The translations under genes and the position numbers were made by a program. A DNA stretch of 64,000 bases from Candidatus Latescibacterota bacterium (GTDB lineage Bacteria > Latescibacterota > UBA2968 > UBA8231), in assembly GCA_965203355.1 (NCBI GenBank), contig OZ241889.1, positions 1,088,001 to 1,152,000 on the forward strand. Direction: 5' to 3'. Below, piece after piece: positions 29,184 through 38,633 of the stretch (position 1 is the stretch's first letter; the number at the start of each line of letters is the position of its first letter). A model generated the notes under the pieces. That model searched no databases, was not told where the DNA came from, and worked only from the letters and a program-made list of their open reading frames with translations.

Positions 29184-32100
29184 ATGAGTACGCACACGCG
29201 GCTTTTTACCTTTCCTTTTTTGCTGGTTGCCAGTTTGGTGTTGGGCTGGGCCGAGCAGGTCCCGGCTCAGACCGAGAATATCGACATATCCGTTGACCGG
29301 CGTTCCGTCCGCGAGGATGGAGGGGCGCAAGATATTACGATAACCGCCGAATTAAAAGAGGCGAACGCGAAGGCCAAAGTCGATCTTTATCTTCCGCTGC
29401 GTCTTGTCGGTGTCACGTCTCGCTATTTGAACGATTTATTCACCATATCTTTCCCCTCTTTGGTGATTAAGAAGGAAGAGCGCAAGGCGACCGGGACGAT
29501 CACCATAACCCCGACAAACAATGATCGGCTCGGACCTATCCCAGTCACCGCTTCAAAAGATATTGATCCCTTGGCCCTAACGGGTACGGTCGATACAATG
29601 AAGGTTAAAGAGCGGATCAACATTCCTATCGTGATTGATATAGGCGGTTCTACTGGAACCATCGCCTTAAAAGGCAAAACCGGCCCGGACTATACGGAAC
29701 AGGGTAATACTTCTGGTGTCTTCTATATCGAAATTATTGACGACGAGCGGTTGCCCGGAAATATCACCCTTTCTTTTGAGCCGTCCAAGCTCGGCAAGCA
29801 GGCGGGTCCGACTCCGATTAAAGTGACGGCGACGTTGGATGGCGGCGCGTTGACGGACCAAGACCTTGAAACCCAGTTGGTTGTGGTTGAGGGCAAGGGG
29901 GCTACCAGCGATACGTTGGCGCGCGATGTGAATTTCTCGATTAGCGGGCTGGGAAAGCTGACCATTCCGAAGGGGCAGACCGAAGCGACGATGACGATCA
30001 CCGTTGATCCGAGTAATAAGGCGGGCAAGATCGTGCTGGGGGTCAGTGCCAGCGGTGATACGACGCTGCTGGTGAAGTTAAAACGGTTCAACAGCGCGGG
30101 TAAGCAGGTCCGAATCGACATGATTCCCAATGGTACCTTTGATCCCGATGGTTACGTTGTACCCAGTACTAAATCTAACTTTTGGGCGGATAGGTTCCCT
30201 TTTAGTAGTTGGGTCGGAGTGGACTTTGACGGCGATGGGACTGTTGGACCAGACCCAGAGGGTGATGGTCGTTACGGATACGATAACAGTGGTGGTGATG
30301 TAGACGATTCCGGCTTCGTACCTGCGGGGACCGTCTTGGTAGAAAAAGACTTGGGGATCGACTTTTTCTTCGATGACGATTATTTGGATACCTATGTGGT
30401 GCCCGACGGAAAAGTACTAACGGAAGTAGGTCAATGCTTATACGATGAATCGAGTGCTCGTCGTACGCTGTTTCACTGTACAACAATAAGTAATAACGCG
30501 AAAGTCCGACTCGGTATCGACTTTAACGGCAATAGTACCATGTCGACTAGTGGTTATGGTACCGGTAGCATCCTAAAGTATGTGGACTCTTTTGCTATTC
30601 CGCTTAAGATCAAGCCGGGCGTCATCACGGTCGAGGACGTCGCCGTCGCGCAGATCAAGAATTTTACGCTGAGTCCAGCGACGATCCGCGAGGCCGCCGG
30701 AGCGACCGACGTTGCGATGACGGTTGAATTGGAGAAAGCCTTGACCGGCGCGAAGGCGGTGGACTTTCAGATTACGGCCGGTTCTTCCGGGACGCGCGAT
30801 GTGAATTACGAAGTGGAAGTGATTGAAGGCTTGACGATCCCGGCCGGCGACACCAAAGGCACGGCAACGTTGCGCGTCACGCCGGTCGACAACAGCGGTG
30901 TGAATAATCCGTGGACGTTCGAGGTGCAAGCTAAGGTCGGCGATGACGCATCTCAGATGAAGGATGCGCCGTTCGAGATCACGGACGATGAGACGCTGAG
31001 CGATGACATTACGCTGTCGGTCAATCCGAGCGAAATCAAAGAGGACGCCGGGGCAACGACGGTGACGGTTACTGGCACGTTAGACGGCAAAGTGCTCGAC
31101 GCGAATGCGACGATCACGTTGGTCGTGGATCGGACGCCGGACAAGTCGGCGACGCGGGACGTGGATTACACGGCAGCACTTAGCTCGCTGACGATTCCAC
31201 GCGGCGCGATCACCGGCTCGACGACGATCACGATCACGCCGGTCAACGACGGCAAAGACGACAACGACGAGACGATCACGATCAAGCAGTTGACGGACAA
31301 TCTCAAGAACCAAGACGAAGACAAGATCACGGTCAGCACTGCGAAGATCACGCTGAAAGACGCGGCGAAGATGGATGATTCTGGTTCTTCGGATACGCCC
31401 GCGGCCACGGGAGGGCCGAGTTTCGGTGCGGCCGCATTAGCCTTTGAAGCGACGGTAGGTCAGGCGTTCAGCGAGGTGTTGCCGGCGGCGACGGGCGGCC
31501 AAGGAACGCTGCGGTACCGGGTCTCGTCGAGCCTGCCGATGGGGCTGTCGTTTGACGCGGCGACGCGGACGCTTTCCGGGACGCCGACGCTGGCGGGCAT
31601 GGCCTCGGTCGTCTACATGGCGTTCGATGACGCCGACAATGCCCGGGCAAAAACCATCACCATCACCGTCAGCGAGGCCCCGCCGGTCACCGTGGGCGTC
31701 GCCAGCGTGATGGCTTCGCAGTCGGCGGTGCGCGAGAACGGCGACACGGCTGAAATTCGAGTTACGGCGACGCTGTCGGGCGCGGCTCCAGCCACCGAAA
31801 CGGTCCGCTTCACGATTGTGCCGCCGGCCAGCGGCGCGATGGCCACCCGCGACGTGGATTACACGGCGGCGTTGGCCGGGACGATCACCGTTGCGGCTGG
31901 CGAGACGATGGGTTGGACGACGCTTTTCCTGTCGCCGATTGACAACGCTTCGGCGGACGGTCATAAGCACTTGGGTATCCGGGCGGCGGCTTCGGGCGGC
32001 TGGGGACAGGTGGACCTGCGGATTTCCGACGACGAGACGCCGAGCACGTCTCTGGTGCTGTCGGTGACGCCAAGTACGCTCAGCGAGTCGGCGGAATTGA

Positions 32101-33470
32101 CGGAAGTAATGGTCATGGCCGCGCTGGACGGCAAGCCGCTGGCCGAGGATGCCACCGCGACCGTCTCGATTGATGAGGTAGCTTCGAGCGCCCTGCGCGA
32201 CACCGACTACTCGGCACTATTCGATCCGATCATCACCATTGCCGCCGGTTCGATTATGGGTTCGACGCGCCTGTTGGTCGATCCGACAGCCGACGGTATG
32301 GCCGAAGGCGACGAGACGATCATCCTCAACGCGATGCTGCCGGGCTTGACTTCGGGTTCGGCGACACTGGTGCTGACCGACATGGATAGCGGCATGATGG
32401 ACGGCGATGAGGATATGACGATCTCCTTGGCGTTCGTCGAGGGCACTTCGGTCGCCGCACACACCTACACGGCGGGCACGGCGATTACGCCGTTGGTCCT
32501 GCCGATGGCGATGGGCGGCGAGGGCTCCATCACGTACAGCGTGTCGGGGCTGCCAGCGGGGCTGTCGTTTGACGCGGCCACCCGGACGATTTCGGGTACG
32601 CCGGACGCGGCGACCGATGGTGCCGTTGAAGTCACCTACACGGCGACGGCTGGCGCCGAAAGCGTCTCGCTGACGTTCGCGATCACAATCAACGCGATGC
32701 TGGATTTTGTCGACCTCGATTCGTTGTTCGGTCGGTTCAACAGCGGGGCCGGCAAATCGGTGCCGCTGCGGGCCGGGCTGAATGCGGATGCGCGGCTGTA
32801 TCTGGATGCGCCGACAGCCCTGCCGAGCGTAGGCGAAGAGTTCGTCGTCAATGTGCGACTGACCGACTTCGTGGCGGTCAAGGGCTACGGCTTGCAGGTG
32901 GCGTATGACGCCGACCAGCTAACCTTCGTCGAGGCGCGGACCGATCAGCCGCTGGGCGGGAGCGCGTTTGCTACGCCGCAGGTGCTGGCCGATCAGGCTG
33001 GCGTGTTGACGGTAGCCGCCCACGGTGACGTCGTTTCCGACGGCGAGTTGATGTTGCGCTTGGTCTTCCGGCCGACGACCGAGATCGAGCACACGACCCT
33101 CGAAATCACCGACAACCGGACCTGGGACCAGGCGTTGGGCTTCAACCGCTTGGCATTGCCCGCGCCAGTGTCGTTACAGACGCGCCCAGCCGTGTTCTCG
33201 CTGGCAGCCAACTATCCGAACCCGTTCAATCCGCAGACGACGATTCAGTATGCGTTGCCGCAGGCGGTGGACGTGGGGCTGACGGTGTATAACGTGTTGG
33301 GTCAGCCGGTGCGGACGCTGGTCGCCGAGCATCAGGCGGCGGGTCGCTACGCGGTGGAGTGGGACGCGACCAACGACCGCGGCCAGAGCGTGTCGTCGGG
33401 GATGTACTTCTACCGCTTGCAGGCGGGCGGTGATTTCCTCGCGGTCCAGAAGATGCTGCTGCTCAAGTAA
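29184..33470 (+). CDS. large secreted/surface protein: Calx-beta-like repeats, variable DxDGDG domain, two putative Ig (He_PIG-like) domains, cohesin-like domain, FlgD/T9SS-like C-terminal domain
   Basis: signal peptide; repeated ATRDVDY/ITDDE units; LPxGLSFDAATRTxSGTP twice; NYPNPFNPQTTIQY..SGMYFYRL..KMLLLK; AAGGAG RBS. Confidence 0.88.
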   Translation: MSTHTRLFTFPFLLVASLVLGWAEQVPAQTENIDISVDRRSVREDGGAQDITITAELKEANAKAKVDLYLPLRLVGVTSRYLNDLFTISFPSLVIKKEERKATGTITITPTNNDRLGPIPVTASKDIDPLALTGTVDTMKVKERINIPIVIDIGGSTGTIALKGKTGPDYTEQGNTSGVFYIEIIDDERLPGNITLSFEPSKLGKQAGPTPIKVTATLDGGALTDQDLETQLVVVEGKGATSDTLARDVNFSISGLGKLTIPKGQTEATMTITVDPSNKAGKIVLGVSASGDTTLLVKLKRFNSAGKQVRIDMIPNGTFDPDGYVVPSTKSNFWADRFPFSSWVGVDFDGDGTVGPDPEGDGRYGYDNSGGDVDDSGFVPAGTVLVEKDLGIDFFFDDDYLDTYVVPDGKVLTEVGQCLYDESSARRTLFHCTTISNNAKVRLGIDFNGNSTMSTSGYGTGSILKYVDSFAIPLKIKPGVITVEDVAVAQIKNFTLSPATIREAAGATDVAMTVELEKALTGAKAVDFQITAGSSGTRDVNYEVEVIEGLTIPAGDTKGTATLRVTPVDNSGVNNPWTFEVQAKVGDDASQMKDAPFEITDDETLSDDITLSVNPSEIKEDAGATTVTVTGTLDGKVLDANATITLVVDRTPDKSATRDVDYTAALSSLTIPRGAITGSTTITITPVNDGKDDNDETITIKQLTDNLKNQDEDKITVSTAKITLKDAAKMDDSGSSDTPAATGGPSFGAAALAFEATVGQAFSEVLPAATGGQGTLRYRVSSSLPMGLSFDAATRTLSGTPTLAGMASVVYMAFDDADNARAKTITITVSEAPPVTVGVASVMASQSAVRENGDTAEIRVTATLSGAAPATETVRFTIVPPASGAMATRDVDYTAALAGTITVAAGETMGWTTLFLSPIDNASADGHKHLGIRAAASGGWGQVDLRISDDETPSTSLVLSVTPSTLSESAELTEVMVMAALDGKPLAEDATATVSIDEVASSALRDTDYSALFDPIITIAAGSIMGSTRLLVDPTADGMAEGDETIILNAMLPGLTSGSATLVLTDMDSGMMDGDEDMTISLAFVEGTSVAAHTYTAGTAITPLVLPMAMGGEGSITYSVSGLPAGLSFDAATRTISGTPDAATDGAVEVTYTATAGAESVSLTFAITINAMLDFVDLDSLFGRFNSGAGKSVPLRAGLNADARLYLDAPTALPSVGEEFVVNVRLTDFVAVKGYGLQVAYDADQLTFVEARTDQPLGGSAFATPQVLADQAGVLTVAAHGDVVSDGELMLRLVFRPTTEIEHTTLEITDNRTWDQALGFNRLALPAPVSLQTRPAVFSLAANYPNPFNPQTTIQYALPQAVDVGLTVYNVLGQPVRTLVAEHQAAGRYAVEWDATNDRGQSVSSGMYFYRLQAGGDFLAVQKMLLLK

Positions 33471-33499
33471 CACACGCGACACCGCGTACAGCGAGTTAC

Positions 33500-33543
33500 G
33501 GAAATGGGACCCTGATGTTCGGGGTCCCATTTTCTTTTTCTTT
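33500..33543 (+). terminator. intrinsic terminator of locus 1
   Basis: AAATGGGACCC-tgatgttcg-GGGTCCCATTT followed by TCTTTTTCTTT. Confidence 0.8.
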
Positions 33544-33690
33544 ATGAACGTCCGATCGACAGCTTACAGGCCCGCTTGCAGGTCGGCGAAGCGTTCCTCG
33601 CCGTCAAGATGCTGCTACTGCTCAAGTAGCACCCACGACACCGCGAATCACGAAAATGGGACCTCAATTTCTGGGATGTCCATGTCGGCA
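33544..33690 (+). repeat. duplicated 3' end of the surface-protein gene plus degenerate hairpin
   Basis: cgcttgcaggtcggcgaagcgttcctcgccgtcaagatgctgctactgctcaagtag then cacccacgacaccgc..aaatgggacctc. Confidence 0.88.
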
Positions 33691-33796
33691 ACTACCCTGC
33701 ACCGCCAAAGCGGGATTAGACCAAATCATTCGGTCGCGGTGCGTTTTCGGTCGGGCTTGGGGTGCCGGGGTTCAGGCGGAGCCGGGGCGACCCGTT

Positions 33797-33836
33797 CAAC
33801 GGGAGTAAAGCTAAATTTCAAAATGTGCCACTATCT
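33797..33836 (+). repeat. 40-bp direct repeat, right copy
   Basis: CAACGGGAGTAAAGCTAAATTTCAAAATGTGCCACTATCT. Confidence 0.85.
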
Positions 33837-34023
33837 GATTCCGGCCCGCCTCGATCTAGCTTTCGACCCTCGAGTCGCCGCCTTCTTCGGCGTTTTCTTG
33901 GGGCGTACTCACAAGCCGCCGCCGCGTCAGGACGACTAAGAGGAGGCCCGCCGCCTGCCCCAGGCTTCAAAAGAGATGCGCCGGTGAGGCGAGGTTTTCG
34001 CGGAACCTCATAGCGCGATTGCC

Positions 34024-34674
34024 TCAGCGGCTGGCCCAGAGCATGCCGCGCCGCTGGATCTCGCGCGCTTCGGGCACGTCGAAGTCCCGCGCCACGTGAC
34101 CCAGCGACGAGTAGAACACTCGACCCGCTCCCCACCTGCGCTTCCACACCACCGGCATGACGGTTCCGTTCACCCAAGGCGCACTTTGACGCCCTTCTAG
34201 GGTTGTCGTGGCCAGCACCTGATTGCTTGGGTCCGTGTGCATGTAGTACTGTTCGGAGCGCATCTGAAAGTCGTCGAGACCGGCGACAATGGGGTCGTCT
34301 GGGGCCGCGATGTTGACCGCGTAGTCGATGATGCCGTCGGGATGGGCGACAAACTGGCCGCCGACCATGAACTGATAGGTGGTATTGTTGCGGAACGAAT
34401 CGGCCATGCCGCCGTGCCAGCCAGCCACGCCGCTTCCGCGCTCAACGGCCGCGAGCAGCCCTTGCTCCTGCTCGCCTTCGATCTGGCCCATCGTCCACGT
34501 TGGCACCACCAGATCCTGCTCGGCCATGAGATCGCGATCTTTGTAGGTGTCGAGGGTATCCGAAATGGTTACTGCGAACCCTTCTGCTTCTAAAATGGGT
34601 GCGAAAATATCGACGCACTGCTTGGGCTCGTGCCCTTCCCAGCCGCCCCAAACCACGATTGCTTTTTTGCCCAT
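34024..34674 (-). CDS. ThuA domain protein
   Basis: [39 protein letters not shown]. Confidence 0.9.
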   Translation of the reverse strand: MGKKAIVVWGGWEGHEPKQCVDIFAPILEAEGFAVTISDTLDTYKDRDLMAEQDLVVPTWTMGQIEGEQEQGLLAAVERGSGVAGWHGGMADSFRNNTTYQFMVGGQFVAHPDGIIDYAVNIAAPDDPIVAGLDDFQMRSEQYYMHTDPSNQVLATTTLEGRQSAPWVNGTVMPVVWKRRWGAGRVFYSSLGHVARDFDVPEAREIQRRGMLWASR

Positions 34675-34689
34675 GACGCTCCTTTTGGG

Positions 34690-35445
34690 TTATCTGGCGC
34701 CGCGCGCCAGCTCGTTGCCAACGAGGTATTGATAGCTTTTTTCTACGGCTTCCATCATGTCGGTCGCACAGCGGTCCAACTCGACGACCAGCCAGTCGCA
34801 GGTGCCGTGGCTGGCCGCGATAATGGACGGGATGTCCATAGTGCCTTCGCCGACGGCGAGCATGTCTTGCGCGGGGTCGCACGGGCCGTCCTTGATGTGC
34901 AAAATCGGCACTCGCTCGCCCAGTTTCTCGACGACCTGCACCGAGTCGCCGCCGCCGGTATTGACCCAATAGGTATCGACCTGAAAGAAGATGGACTCGT
35001 CGAGCGCTTCGACTAAGTACTCGAAGCCCGGACGCCCTTCTACTTCTTGGAACTCCCACCAGTGGTTGTGCAGGCCCAACTCCAAGCCGTTTTCGGCGGC
35101 GATCTCGGCCGCTTGGTTCCAGCGGCTACACAGCGCCTTGAGCGCGTCTGCGCTGGCGAAGGCCTCACGCGGCGTGGAACTCACCACGCGGGTGGCTTCC
35201 AACTCGTGGGCTAGTTTGATGACTTGGTTTTTTTGCTTGCCCAAGGGTAGTTGCGTATGCACGCTGCACACGTCTAACCCGAGATCGGCAAATAGGTCGC
35301 TGGCTTCATCTACACTGATGCCGGGGAATCCAGCCGTCTCAACGCCCACGTACCCTATCTCGGCAATCCGGGTGACCACGGACTTGAAGTTTTGCGCGAG
35401 CGCGTCGCGGACCGTGTAGAGTTGCAGCGCTATGGGGGCAGTCAT
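34690..35445 (-). CDS. sugar phosphate isomerase/epimerase
   Basis: IALQLYTVRD, HNHWWEF, QVDTYW, LHIKDG, VVELD. Confidence 0.9.
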   Translation of the reverse strand: MTAPIALQLYTVRDALAQNFKSVVTRIAEIGYVGVETAGFPGISVDEASDLFADLGLDVCSVHTQLPLGKQKNQVIKLAHELEATRVVSSTPREAFASADALKALCSRWNQAAEIAAENGLELGLHNHWWEFQEVEGRPGFEYLVEALDESIFFQVDTYWVNTGGGDSVQVVEKLGERVPILHIKDGPCDPAQDMLAVGEGTMDIPSIIAASHGTCDWLVVELDRCATDMMEAVEKSYQYLVGNELARGAR

Positions 35446-35660
35446 TGCTTCCTTCCTTGTGGGGTGAGGGATGTGAAAGTTAAAGCGATAGCTAAGGCGG
35501 GCGGGCAAATGGTCAGGCCTCGAGAGGCGATGGGTAACGTTAGATAATTAAATTAAAAAAAAAAACTAAGCGGATGGGCAAATCAATTTCTGATTACACC
35601 GCACTTGTTGCGCCGTTTGTGCGCTCCTACATTAGCCGCTCCAACTAAGGAGCAACGCCA

Positions 35661-36734
35661 ATGAGCATCCAACATAAAGTGCGCCTCGGGTTTATCGGCG
35701 CTGGCTGGTGGGCCACTAGCAACCACATGCCCGTTTTTGCCGCCCGCGACGACGTCGAACTGACGGGCGTGTGCCGATTGGGCCGAGCCGAGCTGGAAAA
35801 GGTGCGCGATCACTTCGGATTCGCGTTTGCCACCGAGGACTACCGCGCGTTATTGGCCCAGTGCGAACTCGACGGAGTAGTAGTGGCCTCGCCGCACCCC
35901 CTGCACTACGAACACGCCCGCGCCGCCTTGGAGGCGGGCCTGCACGTGATGTGCGAAAAGCCGCTGACCACCCGTGCGGCCCATGCGCGCGAATTGGTGC
36001 GCCTCGCGGCCGAGCGGGACCGCCATTTGCTCGTGCCCTACGGCTGGCACCACAAGCCTTTTATCCAGCGGGCCAAGGCGCTGATGGACGAGCAAGCCAT
36101 CGGCGCGGTCGAATTCGCGCTCTGCCACATGGCCTCGCCGATCCGCGCCCTGCTTTCGGGGGCGGAGGTCGATGTCTCCGACATTTCTGGACAGGACAGC
36201 GCCAGCCTCTTTGGCCCCACACCTTCTACGTGGGCCGATCCCGCCATGGCCGACGGCGGCTACGCCCACGCGCAAATATCGCATTCCTCGGGGCTGCTGT
36301 TTTGGCTGTCCGGGTTGCGCGCCGAGCGCGTCTTTGCCGCCATGAGCGCGCCCGGGGCTGAGGTCGAGTTGTACGATGCGCTGACCGTGCGCTTTACTTC
36401 GGGAGCCATCGGCGCGGTCAGCGGCGCGGGCACTGTGCCCACAGACCAGACCTTTCAGGTTGATGTGCGCCTGTTCGGCTCGGAGGGGATGCTGCTCGTT
36501 GATTGCGAACGCGCGCGCATGCACTTGCGCCGCCACGACGGCCAACACGTCGTCGCGGAAGTCGCCGAGGACGCGGGCTCCTACGAGTGCGATGGTCCGC
36601 CCAACAACTTTGCCGACTTGATCTTGGGCAAAACCGACGTGAACTGGACCCCGGGCGAAGCGGCCATGCGCGGGGTGGAGATGCTCGACGCCGCGTACCG
36701 CTCAGCCGCTTCGGGCCAAGAAGAGCAGGTGTAA
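35661..36734 (+). CDS. Gfo/Idh/MocA family oxidoreductase
   Basis: GFIGAG, HVMCEKP. Confidence 0.92.
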   Translation: MSIQHKVRLGFIGAGWWATSNHMPVFAARDDVELTGVCRLGRAELEKVRDHFGFAFATEDYRALLAQCELDGVVVASPHPLHYEHARAALEAGLHVMCEKPLTTRAAHARELVRLAAERDRHLLVPYGWHHKPFIQRAKALMDEQAIGAVEFALCHMASPIRALLSGAEVDVSDISGQDSASLFGPTPSTWADPAMADGGYAHAQISHSSGLLFWLSGLRAERVFAAMSAPGAEVELYDALTVRFTSGAIGAVSGAGTVPTDQTFQVDVRLFGSEGMLLVDCERARMHLRRHDGQHVVAEVAEDAGSYECDGPPNNFADLILGKTDVNWTPGEAAMRGVEMLDAAYRSAASGQEEQV

Positions 36735-36758
36735 CATCGGTCCTTCTCGCCGGCGGTA

Positions 36759-37664
36759 ATGGCCTTTCTGCTCGACGTCATTGCCCCGCTTTTCCTGCTA
36801 ATCGGCTGCGGCTATCTGTTAGGACGGCGGCGCTCTGTTGACCCGGCTTCTTTGGCCGATGTGGCCATTTACATCTGCCTACCCTTCTTGATGTTTGCGG
36901 CGCTGGTGCGCCATCCGGTCACCGGCGCAGCGGCCGTCCAGGCCTTCGCTTGGCAGGTTGGGATGTACGCGGTCAGCATACCCGTCATCGCGCTCGTCGC
37001 GCATCTCGTCGGCTGGGACAAACCCACGCGCAGCGCGGTCACCCTCTCCTTGCCCACGGTCAACATCGCCTCGTATGGCGTGCCTGTGGTGCTCTTCGCA
37101 TTTGGCGACGAGGCCCTGGCGATCGTCATGCTGCTTTTTGTGTACGGCAATGTTATGGCCGCGTCGCTGGGCACCTACATTGCCGCGGGCGGGCGGCAAA
37201 GTCCGCTGCAAGCGTTCAAGAGCATTTTCAGGCTGCCGCTGATTTATGCTGCGGCCTTGGCCTTAGCCATCAATGCCCTCGCCGTGCCGGTCCCGGTTTC
37301 CATGCTCGTCGCCGCCGATCTGATCGGCAAAGCCGGCCCGATCCTCGCTATCATCCTTCTCGGGGTGCAAGTCTCGCACATCCCCCTCCGCGGCCGCCGC
37401 TCGGCGGCTCTGTACGGCGGCATTGGGGCCAAGGTTCTGCTGGGGCCGGCGATTGGCATCGGCCTGACGCTGCTCATCGGGGCGCAAGGTGCGGTGCGCG
37501 ACGTGCTGCTGCTGTGTTCCTGCCTACCTACGGCCATCAACGCCCTCATCCTCACGGTGCGCTTTGACGCGCGCCCTGATCTGCTCGGCGGCATTCTCAT
37601 CGGCTCGACTTTGTGGAGCCCGCTCGGGCTGTCGATGCTGCTCTATTGGATCGGTGGTCAGTAG
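36759..37664 (+). CDS. AEC (auxin efflux carrier) family transporter
   Basis: ~10 TM helices; NIASYGVP, LPTAIN. Confidence 0.85.
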   Translation: MAFLLDVIAPLFLLIGCGYLLGRRRSVDPASLADVAIYICLPFLMFAALVRHPVTGAAAVQAFAWQVGMYAVSIPVIALVAHLVGWDKPTRSAVTLSLPTVNIASYGVPVVLFAFGDEALAIVMLLFVYGNVMAASLGTYIAAGGRQSPLQAFKSIFRLPLIYAAALALAINALAVPVPVSMLVAADLIGKAGPILAIILLGVQVSHIPLRGRRSAALYGGIGAKVLLGPAIGIGLTLLIGAQGAVRDVLLLCSCLPTAINALILTVRFDARPDLLGGILIGSTLWSPLGLSMLLYWIGGQ

Positions 37665-37790
37665 CCAGTGGTCAGTGGTCAGTAGCCAGTGGTCAGTGGT
37701 CAGTGGTCAGTAGCCAGTCCCCCGATCTCTTCTGGGGGTGGATTGGGACAGGCCACCGGCCAGTGGTCACTGACCACTGAAGGCCACTGA
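37653..37790. repeat. heptamer array with inverted arm
   Basis: ~9 CAGTGGT/CAGTAGC units followed by cactgaccactgaaggccactga. Confidence 0.85.
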
Positions 37791-37896
37791 CGAAAAAATT
37801 TTCGCATCCCCTTGACACTGTTTTACGCCCTCTCGTTTCTAGATTTATAGGGCACACGACAGGCTCCACGACGCTTTTAAGAGCGCCTACAGGAGA

Positions 37897-38052
37897 ATGA
37901 AAATGATAGGTATACATCGCTTCGACATGTGCGGGAGGCCGAGCATAGCTGCCGGGGGAATTCTAGATGGTGGAGGCACCTATCTAACTGCCGCTGTGCC
38001 GCTCAAAAACATCCTATTCGCGCCGAGAGGACGGGGTTGTAGCCCCGACTGA
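37897..38052 (+). CDS. putative small protein (51 aa, or 49 aa from ATG 37903)
   Basis: TTGACA at 37812, AGGAG RBS, ORF MKMIGIHRFDMCGRPS..RGCSPD, strong terminator downstream. Confidence 0.35.
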   Translation: MKMIGIHRFDMCGRPSIAAGGILDGGGTYLTAAVPLKNILFAPRGRGCSPD

Positions 38053-38084
38053 GGCTCGCCTTTGCGAGAAACTCAACATGGCAA

Positions 38085-38125
38085 GAGGCCGCGGCGCGAA
38101 AGACAATGCGCTGCGGCCTTTTTTT
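38085..38125 (+). terminator. intrinsic terminator
   Basis: AGGCCGCGGCGC-gaaagacaat-GCGCTGCGGCCT-TTTTTT. Confidence 0.8.
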
Positions 38126-38436
38126 GTGAAAAATGCTTGACATTGTATCGGGATTATGCTGAACTTTTGTTCAGGTAAAAAGCGATAAACAGAACCATGA
38201 AGACCAACGAAAAAACACGACACAGCAACACCGTCCCTTGGGCTTTTGCCCACGGCGGTGCCAAAATGCGCGTTGCGACCAGGGCCGGCCGGGTCATCGA
38301 CGTGCGACAGCGCTTCGCCGCTTTGCGGCGCGGCTTAGATAGCGGGGCGTTGCCGCCCACCCCGGGCGGACGGCAGCGGGTCTGCGCGACATTCACCCAG
38401 CCAACCAAGGACCTCATCGCAAGGAGCAATTACACT

Positions 38437-38529
38437 ATGCGACGCGAGATCATCAACCAAGGGCTGATGTACGTAATCATCAGTCTCTTTGTATTCGCGA
38501 TGATGCCGCTCCTGCGCTTCCTCAGCTAA
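38437..38529 (+). CDS. putative 30-aa hydrophobic membrane peptide
   Basis: AAGGAG upstream; MRREIINQGLMYVIISLFVFAMMPLLRFLS. Confidence 0.5.
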   Translation: MRREIINQGLMYVIISLFVFAMMPLLRFLS

Positions 38530-38633
38530 TGGCTCTTTGACGCGCAGCGGCATTGCGAAACGGCCTGGGGCAGCGGCAGCGACCGCTACCCCAGGAACAT
38601 CAACCCCCTCGACTTAGGACACAGAGAAACAAC

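Noticed and set aside
30040-30623. Diversity-generating retroelement as the source of the variable loops
   Set aside because: No reverse transcriptase or TR/VR pair in the window. Differences between the paralogs include large indels and are not adenine-restricted. A remote DGR cannot be excluded.
33750-33970. 6S RNA or other ncRNA downstream of locus 1
   Set aside because: Some end-to-end complementarity, but no convincing long rod with a central bubble; an Rfam scan would be needed.
38222-38270. SAM-I riboswitch (cagcaac..ggtgccaa)
   Set aside because: Only a P3-like fragment is present; the P1/P2 kink-turn and pseudoknot elements are not recognisable.
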